Source: Dendrobates tinctorius
Taxonomy: Eukaryota
DNA: 64,000 nucleotides
Assembly (NCBI RefSeq): GCF_039654945.1
Contig: NW_027361810.1
Coordinates: 25,234,001-25,298,000, forward strand
Direction: 5' to 3'
Under the pieces are notes generated by a model, which saw only the letters and a list, made by a program, of their open reading frames with translations, did no database searches and was not told where the DNA came from. Each line of letters begins with the position of its first letter. The first letter of the stretch is position 1. Positions 39,837-50,900 of this stretch are shown here, in pieces. The position numbers and the translations under genes were made by a program.

Positions 39837-40070
39837 AGTGATGAGTGAACGTGCCGGGATAAGGTGTTCGCTTAGCATGCTCGGGTGCTAACCGAGTGTC
39901 TTTGGTGTGATCGAATAATATGTTCTAGTCCCCGCGGCTGTTAGACAATCCCTGTTTGAGTTGCAGTTGTAGAACAGCGATGAGACAAGCAGCCGTGGGA
40001 GCACGCCGAAGACACTCAGCATCCGAGCATGCTCAGATAACACCTTATCCCAACATGCTCACTCATCACT
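39837..40070. repeat. Short palindromic MITE-like repeat (agtgatgag...ctcatcact family); other copies at 36808-36965, 51174-51438, 52966-53154
   Basis: Shared termini and the core ggataaggtgtt...gagcatgctcgggtgctaa. Confidence 0.75.
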
Positions 40071-41262
40071 AATACTAGACTGCTGAGTATAGCTTTATCC
40101 TGTGAATAAGTGATAACGTCTTACTAGAATACTCTTTTAATCTGGTGTCAGAAGCATATTTGTATTTCTTTTCAGAAATCCCCTCTGGTTTTCTTAATTG
40201 GCGGTAAAACAAAGATCACAGAACTGGATCCGATCTTTGCAGTTTGAATTCAAAGCAGAAGTTCCGCAAATAGCCTGAGAAGTGTTGGGCAGGTCTCAGC
40301 TCTGGTCCATGTGGAGACCTGCACTAATACGAACCCTGAACGCTAACAGAGCGCTCTCTTGTGGCCAGATGGTATACTGCTCATCTAACTTTACCCACAT
40401 AAGAATGGATTATGCATTGGCAGCACATGGACTCTTGTTGGGTTACTAGGAGTTGAGCACAGTCTATTACCATTTTGTTACATATTAAAATATTTCCCAG
40501 TTCCATTCATCATTACTACTGCGCAATACAAGAAGACAGTTGGATGAACCCGTCTCTTCTGGCCCATCTGACCAGTAGCTATGTCTATAGTCTGTGCAAT
40601 CATTGCTTTCATCCTGACAATATTTGGATTCCTAATTAGTGACAGCAAGTGTATAAAGTAAAAAAAAAAAAAAGGTGTATAAAGTAAAATGATGGCATCC
40701 CATTTTTCATGGACCCAAAGACTTGCTTTGCCAATTTTGATCCGACACAGATACCAATCCAGACTGATATCGGACAGGTCTCAACAATTTTGCACAGGCC
40801 ACAAAAAAAGAAAAAAGATTAAAAAAAATTGGGCATGTAAACTACCCCATACAGTATACCAGGTACAGGTTCAACCCCTGAAAAAAATCATGCATAGAAT
40901 TTGTGAGCAGAAAACGGATGTCTGAATGAGCCCTTATGGTAAGGGTACATTTTTTTTTAAAATTTAGCACCTTAAAAAAAAATAAAATCATAATTTATGA
41001 ATCGGCCACAAAAATCTTGAACATACTAAATTCTGCCCACAATAGTCAGCATAAAAAAAACAAGGCGAACACCTAGAAATAAGAGGTGCAAATGAGAAAT
41101 GGGTGAACAAAAAACAAATGGGACGCAAATGCAATAATGAATCTCGCCTGTCGAAGTGAATAGTGACGTGGTTTTAGAAAGAAGGCAGCCCTGTTTTACT
41201 AAGCCCAGACAAGTAGGTAAAGAATTAAACAGAAATGACACCAGAGGATTTTCCCCTCCATC

Positions 41263-41273
41263 TTTAATTTATT
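41263..41273 (-). terminator. ARL5A: Probable ARL5A polyadenylation signal (overlapping AATAAA/ATTAAA)
   Basis: Minus strand gatAATAAATTAAAgatgg followed by GU/U-rich sequence, about 680 nt after the stop codon. Confidence 0.5.
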
Positions 41274-41949
41274 ATCACCAGGTCAAAAGTTATTTCAGCA
41301 GGTTTTCCAGACAAGAGCAGGAGAATTAAAGAAAGAACGACTGTACGTGGAGGGAACATAACATGCAAATCGGTATACGCCAAGGAATGTACAATTTAAA
41401 TTAAAAAAATAAAAAATAAAAATAAAGGACCAAAAACAAACCAAAACAAAAAAAGAAAAGTGACAAATAATAGTCTTACATATCAGAGTGTTCAAGTTGG
41501 AACTGTGCAATATTCACTGTCATCAAGGCAATGTTTCTGTACGTTACTGGAACTGAGGAGCATGCGAGAACACGGGAAATACACAGATATGTACCGAGTC
41601 GCTGCTCACAATACTGCTCAGTCCATGCTTGATTCGTAGGCTCGCTGTTGTCAGCTTATTACCACATTCAACTGGACAAGAACCGAAGCTACAATATAAA
41701 AAAGTTTAAAAACCACCTTCTCTGACTTTTGATGTGCAGGGAACAAGGGGGGTGCAAAGACTAAAAAGAATGGTCAGGGGTCAATCACAGCTTTCGTAGG
41801 ACACAGGAGCCGCTGGATCGGAGGTCTCTGGTGTGGTGTTGTCCTGTCGGTGGGACACGACGCTTATAAATACTTGGTTTGCAGCAGTTCAGGCATTTAT
41901 AAATACAGTATGTCCGAAGTCTAATGTCTCGGCACGTGTGTCACTGGGG

Positions 41950-41998
41950 TCATCTGGATTTTAGTCTCGACATCATCCACTCCAGTCCTTGACAAAGG
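41950..41998 (-). CDS. ARL5A: ARL5A exon 6 ([15 protein letters not shown])
   Basis: ctctttgtttag|CCTTTGTCAAGGA...AGATGA. Confidence 0.95.
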
Positions 41999-44900
41999 CT
42001 AAACAAAGAGAAAAGGAGGAGAAGTGAACGGTAGAAAACGCGAGAGGCAGATTTCTACTTATATCCATCAATTCTACAGCTCCAAAAGCCTTCCCAGATA
42101 AGGGAGTCTGCCCGGATATTAGTACATATACCTTGCCATGCAAGGATCTAAGGAACAAGGGGTAACAAATCCTACTAAGCGTGGAATAGCAGGAGTGGTG
42201 GGTGATCCCCAAAACAGATGCAACCGAAGAGAAGAGAGAAATCAACCAGAACTTTCTTTAACTCTTGGAAAAAAACTTGCACCTTTCAGAAACCAAAAAC
42301 CCACTGATCCCATTTTTTTTCCTTTACAGTCCACGGCTGATTTGGAATATTGATGGAGACAATACCCTGAAGGGGACCCCTATAAAGAGCAACCCTAACT
42401 TTGGGGGGACATGCCAATGTACTGGCTGCACAGTGTGCCATCTAATATCCAGTGATGGCACATAACATTCATTAACTAGCCGGCTACCATCTTCCTTTGA
42501 GAAGCTCTATGTCAAAGGAGTTGCCTCAAAAAAAAAAAAAAAAAAAAAGGGTTATCCTAGGTGGATGCTATCCAAACTGAGGCTCTGCAACTCTTGGTCC
42601 ATTAACACATGCTGGGAGTTGTAGTTTCTAAACGGTGGGACAGCAAGAAGTTGGTCTAAGAGGATAATCTTTTTCCCCAGGGTCCTGGTGAATTACTTAT
42701 CACTATAGTTATGGGTATTCCTTGTACAATAAATGTATTACTGTCTACCCACTATATGGCTGATAACATTTTACACCCCAGTGGTCAGACCCCCACAACA
42801 GGGGACGCTGGACTATCACCGGTGAGAAGCTAGAGATGAGCATGCATCCTACCACTCTGATCAAAGTCTATGGGAGTTCTAGAAAGTTTGCCCATGATAT
42901 CGGCGATGATGACAGAAGAGGGATATCACCTCTCCGAATGGGCACAGATAGCAGTAGCCGGTGCCTACCTGTTACCAAACTTCTATATAAAAGAAAGATG
43001 CCCAATTCCTGGAACAGACTCTTACGTGTGTGTTTTACAAGTCAGGACAAATAATGGCCGTCCCTCACCCCTCTCCAGTGAGCGCACAGCAGGCCTGTAT
43101 GTGCCACTGGTGATCCTTTACTGACGTCAACTTCAAGAACTGGGAGATTTCGGCCACCGTCATGCACTCTTTCACATCTTGTTTATTTGCAAACACCAGC
43201 AGTCCGGCTTTCTTTAGGTCCTTCAATTAGCAAAAGAAGTAAAATCTATGATCATCTTTGTATCTTACCTTTTGCTAAGTAGCAATGTTTTTTTTTTTAT
43301 GCTAATCCAATGCAGACATTACACTTAAATGTCGTTCTTGTCGTGGCTGATGTTTCGCCTTTAGTCTAATCCTCTGTAAGCAAAACAGCTTGGATGCTAT
43401 AGATTAAAGAAGTTGTCCACTACTTTTTCAATGATGATCTATCCTGAGGATAGGTCATCAATGTCTGATTGGTCAGGGTCTGACACCCATAATTCCCACC
43501 GTTCAGCTGTTCTCAGTGTCAGTGGCCGCCGGCTGGTACTGCTCGATTACAGAGCTGCTCAGTCTTTTGATAGTGGCCGCGGCGGGTACTTCGCAGCCGC
43601 CTCCTATTCGGATCATCGGAGGACAAATGTGTAGCACCCATCAGAAAAACGGAGCAGTCCGCAACCAAACAGTTCTGTCCGGCTGCCGCCGCCGATCACA
43701 GGTGTTCGGTCAGGGGTTCCGGGTGACTGACATTGATGGAACTCACCTCATGAGATAACATCTTATAAAGCTCCTCTTTGGTCACCGAGATCCGCTCCCT
43801 ATCGGTGCTGTCCACCACCACTATCACAAACTGCAGGAAAAGAGAGGACACGTCAGAGGGGAGAGAAACAAGAACGATGCAAAATCCTGCACACAGAACC
43901 AATCACACATTCAATCCGTGGACACGACTGACGCAATTTTTCACGCACCTGTCTGTTTTCAATCACCCATCTATTTTGGACCTAGCCACCTTTTTGCCAT
44001 GGTGCATTAACAGGCAACCACCTGTGACGTACATTTACATTATGGTTCATAAAGGGGGTTAATGCCACCAGAAGAGATGGAGGAAAAGCTGTCTGCTGTA
44101 ATGGTATGGCTATACCTCTATACCTGCGAGGGGTGGTATTTTTTTTTTTTTTTTTTTTTAAACATCACACCTCGGTACCAATAATGCCAGATTATCAACA
44201 TTTTATTAAACATTTAAAAAAAAAAAAAAAAAAAAGCCAGATTACTTACCGGTAATGCTCTTTTAATGAGTCCACGACAGCACCCACTGGAGGTATCGGA
44301 TCCGCCCATTTGGAACAGGAAACCCTACAGGAAAGATAAAAGGGGCGGTCCGCCTTTCCTCCTCAGTTTTACGTTTCAGAGTACCAGAAGGACCGCCAAG
44401 GATTAGGCAATGTTCTCTTATTTTAACATCTTTCTTATCCATTATTTGGTTGATATACTTTAACTATTGATATCTTTAGGGAGGGAAGTGAGCGGGTGCT
44501 GTCGTGGACTCATTAAAAGAGCATTACCGGTAAGTAATCCGGCTTTTTACTCTTCGCCACGACAGCACCCACTGGAGAGATTCCAGAGACCATCACCTGG
44601 GTGGGACCACCGTGCCAAGGACAGTCCTGCCAAAGCTTAAGTCAGAGGTTGATGAAAGATCAAGTCTATAGTGGTTATAGAAGGTAGAAGGGGATGACCA
44701 AACTGCCGCCTTACATATAGTTTCAATCGGAACATCTCCCTTTTCCGCCCAAGAAGTTGCCATTGCCCTGGTGGAATGCGCCCTGATGTTCCCGGGAGGA
44801 TCTTCGTTTTTTGCGAAGTAGGCTAAACGAATGGCCTCTCTGATCCACCGGGAAATGGTGCTCTTCGTGACTCCATACCCCTTCTTACAGCCCTGAAATG

Positions 44901-47900
44901 AAACAAATAGGGCCCTACTCTGCCTCCAACTGTTGGACCTCTCAATATATTTTAGGACAGTTCTTTTGACGTCCAGAGTATGGAACTTCTGCTCTTCCGG
45001 AGTAGAGGGATTTTTATAGAAGGTTGGGAGGAGTATCTCCTGAGATCTATGGTATTTTGTTGCCACTTTTGGCAGGTAGGCAGGGTCTTGTTTTAATACC
45101 AATCTGTCTTGGTATTCTTGAAAAAAAGGTGGATCTATTGACAAGGCCTGGATATCACCCACTCTTCTAGCTGAGGTCAGTGCTACCAAGAGGGCCATTT
45201 TAAGTGCTAAGTATTTGAAGGGTATTGTGTCGATCGGCTCAAAGGGGTCTACCGTTAGGGCGTCTAAGACCAGATTTAGATCCCATGTAGGGACGGAGGG
45301 TATGTGGATTGGAGCTATTCGTTCACATGCTGTAATGAATCGAGTTATCCACTTGTTGCCTGCTATATTATGGCCATATAGTGCTCCTAATGCCGATATT
45401 TGTACTCTTAGCGTATTTACTGCTAAGCCTAAGTCTTTCCCTTTCTGCAGAAATTCCAAGATTGGGATTATCGGAATTTCTGCTGTATGAGGTACTGTAT
45501 GGAATTGAAGAAATTTTTTCCATATTCTAGTGTAAATTTGGGTTGTGGACTGTTTTCTACTTTGTAGTAGTGTAGTAATTAAAGACTCAGAGAATCCTCT
45601 TGTCCTCAATAACTGCCTCTCAAATTCCACGCCGTCAAGTGCAAGCTGACCACTTGAGGGTGGAAAAAGGGGCCTTGGGAGAGTAGGTTGGGAGTCGAAG
45701 GAAGGACCCAAGGATCTGTTATTGACATAATTTGCAGCCACGAAAACCACGGTCTTTTTGGCCAGAACGGTGCTATTAAGATTATCCTTGCTTTGTCGTC
45801 TCTGATCTTCCGAATTACTTGAGGTAGGAGGATCAATGGAGGGAACGCATACGCCAGGTTGAAATTCCATGGAGCTAGAAGGGCGTCTAGTATGTCTGGG
45901 TGATCTGATGGAGATAGGGAGGCAAATGTTTTTATCTGCCTGTTCTCCTTTGTGGCGAAAAGGTCCACCTCGGGTTGTCCCCATAGGGCTACTATGTCCC
46001 TGAAGACCTTCTGATTGAGGCACCACTCTCCTTGCCGTAGAGTGTGTCGGCTTAGGAAGTCTGCCTTTTGATTGCTCTCGCCTCTGATATGAAGGGCCGA
46101 GAGGGACAAAAAATAGTTTTCTGCTAAGTTTAAAATTCTTGCCGCTGAAGACATCAGAGTCTCTGATCGAGTTCCTCCTTGTCTGTTTATATAGGCCACT
46201 GTGGTGGTGTTGTCCGATAGGATCCTGACATGCTTCTGTTGGAGCTGCGGAAGGAAGTTGTATAAAGCATAGAACACTGCAGTCAGTTCTTTTAAATTGG
46301 ATGAGTACTCGCATTCCTCTCTATTCCACCTTCCCTGATGAAACCCATTCTCCATGTGGGCTCCCCAGCCCTGGGGACTGGCATCGGTGGTTACGATACA
46401 GGATGGAACTATAACCCATGGAACTCCTGAACATAAATGGTCATCATCTAACCACCACTCTAGAGAAGTCAAGACTTCTTGTGACAGGGTTATTTTGCTC
46501 TGTAAATGACCACTATGTCGCTTATCCTCTTGGAGGATCTGGTGTTGTAGTGTACGGACATGGTACTGGGCCCACCGGACTGCCGGGGTGCAAGAATTTA
46601 GTGATCCTAATAGTGACATTGCTCCTCTCAAGGACACCCGTGGTCTATCTATAGCTGCTCGTATTTTTTGTTTCATGAGGGTGATTTTTACCTGAGGTAG
46701 TAGACATCTCTGGGTCAAGGAATCTAGTTGAAATCCTAGAAATGTCTGGAGAGATTGTGGATCGAGTCTGGACTTTTGGATATTGATGATCCAGCCAAGG
46801 CTCTGAAAAGAGGAGATTGTGTCAGTCACGCGTTCGGTACATTGTTTGACTGAATTCCCAATTATTAGGAAGTCGTCTAAATACGGCACGATCAGTGTGT
46901 CCTTTTGGCGAAGGTAGGCCATTACTTCTGCCATCACCTTGGTAAATATTCTTGGTGCCGTGGAAAGCCCGAAGGGCATGGCCGCGTATTGGAAATGACG
47001 AATCCTGCCCTCGACTTCCACTGCGACTCTTAGGTATTTCTGGAATCTATTGTGAATAGGGAGATGATAATAAGCATCTTTTAAATCAATCCCTGCCATT
47101 ACGCAATTTGGGAAAAGAAGCTTTATAGTGGATCTAATTGATTCCATTTTGAAGTTATAATTTTTTATAAATGAATTAAGCTTCTTTAAATTAATAATGG
47201 TTCTAAACGTACCGTCTGGTTTAGGCACCAAAAACAGGGGAGAGTAAAAACCTCTACCCTGTTGTTCCTCAGGGACGTCAACTAAAACATTTTTAGCTAG
47301 TAGGACTCGAATCTCGTCTTCGAGAGCCTTTTGCTGAACTGAGGAATTAAGGCGAGTTATAACAAAGAATTCATAAGGGATCTGAAGGAATTCAATCTTT
47401 ATTCCTTCTTTGATTATGTTCAAAATCCATGGGCTTAACGTAATTTGTTCCCATTTGGTAACAAAAAATTTTAATCTACCCCCAACTGGTGGGTTTAAAC
47501 TCTTAATTTTTATCTCTCCTATATGTTGGCCCTCTGAAGATGGTACCCTTCTGCTTTTCGTCTTTCGTGGCCCATCTATTCGTTCTGTCCGACTGTCTTC
47601 TTCTCCCGAATGGCCGTCTCTTAAAGGTTTTCCTATAAAACGGAATGGGAGAATCACTGAAGGCCTTTTTCCTCTCTTTTGCCTTGGCGAGAATTTCGTC
47701 TAAGGCTTTCCCGAAGAGGAACTCACCCTCGCATGGGGTTGCACTAATTTTGGATTTTGATTGTGCGTCCCCTTTCCAGCTTTTTATCCACAGCGCGCGT
47801 CTGGCGTTATTCACCAGGGCTGCCGACCTCGCTGCCAGTCTTAGGGTGTCCGCTGAAGCATCTGCCATAAAGGCAGCTGCACCTCTTATCAACAGGATGG

Positions 47901-50900
47901 CTGCACGCAGTTTCTCCCTTGACACTCTTTGCTCGATCTGCTGGTCTAATTGATCTAGCCATACCAGCATTGATCTAGCAGTACATGTGCTGGCTATTGC
48001 AGGTTTGAATACCCCGGTGGTGGACTCCCAGGACCTTTTGAGCGAAGATTCTGCCTTTCGGTCTAATGGGTCTGCTAACAATCCTGCGTCCTCGACCGGG
48101 AACGAGGTCTGTTTGGAAGTGGAGGCTATGACGGCATCCACCTTTGGTATTTTAGTCCATTTCAATAGGTCTTCATCAGTGAACGGATACTTCCGTTTTG
48201 AGGCTGATGGGAGAAAACCCCTCTGGTCGTGTTTTTCCCACTCTCTTTTGATGAGGTCCTTAATTGCCGGTATCACCGGAAATGATCTCCTCTTTTTCTG
48301 CCAATCCCGCAAACATAATGTCCTGCGCGGTTTGGGCTCCCCTTTCCTCTTCACACCCCATAGTATTTCTAACCGCTTTTACTAGGTTATCTACGCTGTC
48401 CAGTGGAAAACATGCGCGTCCTTCCATCTCCGAGGATGACGATGAGGACGTGAATGCGGAGCCTGAATTTAACTCCTGTTCTTCCTCTGTCTCTGAACTA
48501 ACAACGACCTGTTTCTTATGACTGGACTCTGAGGGAGTGCTGGCGCGGTTGATGGCTTGTATCTCCTCCCTAATTATGGCTCGGATATCTTTAGAAGATA
48601 TCGTCGACCCCTGCCTGGTTTCTTTCATGCATTGTTTGCAGAGTTTTTTGGGGTAGGAGTCAGGGAGAGGCTCTGAACATAATGCGCATTCTTTATGTTT
48701 AGCTTTTTCTTTTTTCTTTGACTGAAGTGGGAGGTCAAAGGTAAAGAGAGGGGGGGGGTTAGCTTAATAGGTAGAGTATATACTTTGCACACTCACCCAG
48801 TGAAGCTTAATACCGGGTCGGATGGCTGAGACGGTCTGGATCTGGTTTCTGCTGCCTCGCTCCTGCGGGCAGTCTCTGTCCTGGCGCTGCGGTCCCTGGT
48901 GGAATTGCCCCCAGCTGAATCCCCTGCTGGGGCCTGCGACTCCGTGGGGGACGACATGGTTCCATCGTTGCAGCTCTGTTTTATCTTCACTCCTGTCGTG
49001 CCCCCGGAAGTCGCCCTGTGTCAGCCCCGAGGAGACCGCACAGGCGGATGCATGGCCCAGGTAAGATCCTGCAGGATCCTGCTCCATTTGGAACAGGAAA
49101 CCAAAAACTGAGGAGGAAAGGCGGACCGCCCCTTTTATCTTTCCTGTAGGGTTTCCTGTTCCAAATGGGCGGATCCGATACCTCCAGTGGGTGCTGTCGT
49201 GGCGAAGAGTAAAAAAAAAAAAGATGGCATTTCAATAGGACTTTATATTCTGAGGAGGTCCGACTGTGCGCTCTGCACAACAGACTGGTAGTTAACACCT
49301 AGCTGCATGTTAGTTCTTACGACTGTAGAAAAAAAAAAAAAAAAAAAAAAAATTTAATACGCACAAAATACGAAGACATGATGATCATTTTATGAGTTGT
49401 TTTGTCTCCATATAGTTTGTATCGACCTGTATGAACAGAGCAAAGAATTCGATCGGCCCTCTTTTATGGGTGGATACTGGCCTAAATACATTTATTCATA
49501 TAGAAGCATTCCATAAATAATTGGACATCATATCACAGCCGTAGAAGTATGGAGAGATGTCATTTTTTCTTGCTGAGGACACAATCTTACCTCTGTGTTG
49601 GTATAATACGTATTCCACGACGAGCGGAGGGATTCCTGACCGCCGATGTCCCACATAAGAAACCTTGTATTGTTGACCACTATCTCCTCCACGTTGCTGC
49701 CTATGGTCGGAGACGTGTGAACTACTTCATTCATGGAACTGAAAAAAGAAAAGAGACTGATCGATACATTGCTCACAACGATCTGAATGATAAGGCGCGA
49801 GCTCCGTCGCAAATCACGCGACAAACCTAATTGGAGAACGTCGAGGCCCAAGGAAACCCCAACCCCGACGTACCATAAAAACTACACTTAATATTTATAA
49901 CATTATTCAGCATAAAAACCCTCAGTCAATTCTACTATTCATCCAACGTCGTAAAATCAAAGACCAAAACACAATGGGATGGTTGAACTGGATTTTTTTT
50001 TCCCCACCATATCACTCCAATTGGAATGTTTTCCCCCCCAAGTTCAGTACATTATACGGTAAAAATGACCGTTGTACGCCCGGAAATCCACATGAGGATG
50101 TCACCAATTGGGGACAATTCTCAGCTTTCCTTATGGAATAGAAGGAAGGACGAACCATGAAGCTTAGTCGCAGATCGTCGTTGGATTTCATTGCAAATTT
50201 TGCTCTGCATTTGGGAAGGTAAAATCCGCAGTGAATAACCCCGGCATACACAGACGACAAATGCTCGGCGCTGCTTAATTTACGCTGCGGGTTGTCTCTG
50301 CAGCGTGTGCATTCGATTTGATAAAATGGTGCCTACAATACTGGTACTGGAAAATCCGAACAAAAAAGCCGCTTCATATCCCACTGGGTGTGAACATTCC
50401 TTAAAGGTATATTCTGAATTTACTACCTGGAGAACAGTAAAATAAAAAGCAGCGAGCACCCAGTGAACAGGACATCGATATCGCCAGAAGACACAGGTAC
50501 TTACAACTGATACAGTATGGTCGTCTTCCCCGCGTTATCCAGGCCCACAATTATAACCTTGTGCTCTGAAATATAGAAATAAAATAGATACAAATCATTA
50601 CATCCATATATGAAGATAGTGGTTGGAAAGACCAACACTTTTACAATTTACCGTTTAGTAAAATTTTGCAGTCGTTCATGAGATACTAACATTTTTATTT
50701 TGTTTACAGCTCGTTACCTAGGTGACCGACCACTGATGTTGTCCGGCTTGTTAGCACTGCCTTTAATCTTACAAGCTCCATAGAAAAGATAGGCACGTGT
50801 TCTGCTGTCTAGCAGCGATGGTCGGTCACCAAGGCAACGAGCGGTAAACAAGAGAAAAGAGTTTAGATCTCAAGAATGGCTGAAAATTTTAACAAGCCGT

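Larger units (their letters stand above)
44236..49210 (-). mobile_element. Near-intact DIRS1-like tyrosine-recombinase retrotransposon in ARL5A intron 3, in sense orientation
   Basis: Identical about 100-bp inverted terminal repeats (44272-44370 vs 49104-49202); right-end extension; ICR (44494-44577) joining the complements of both ends; three overlapping ORFs; inserted in an A/T homopolymer. Confidence 0.97.

Noticed and set aside
42607-42627. Second ZNF143-like motif (gctgggagttgtagt)
   Set aside because: It lies in intron 5, far from any promoter, and probably belongs to a short interspersed repeat.
48285-48300. Programmed -1 frameshift in DIRS gag
   Set aside because: The required shift is +1/-2 and there is no correctly phased slippery heptamer; an indel or consensus error is more likely.
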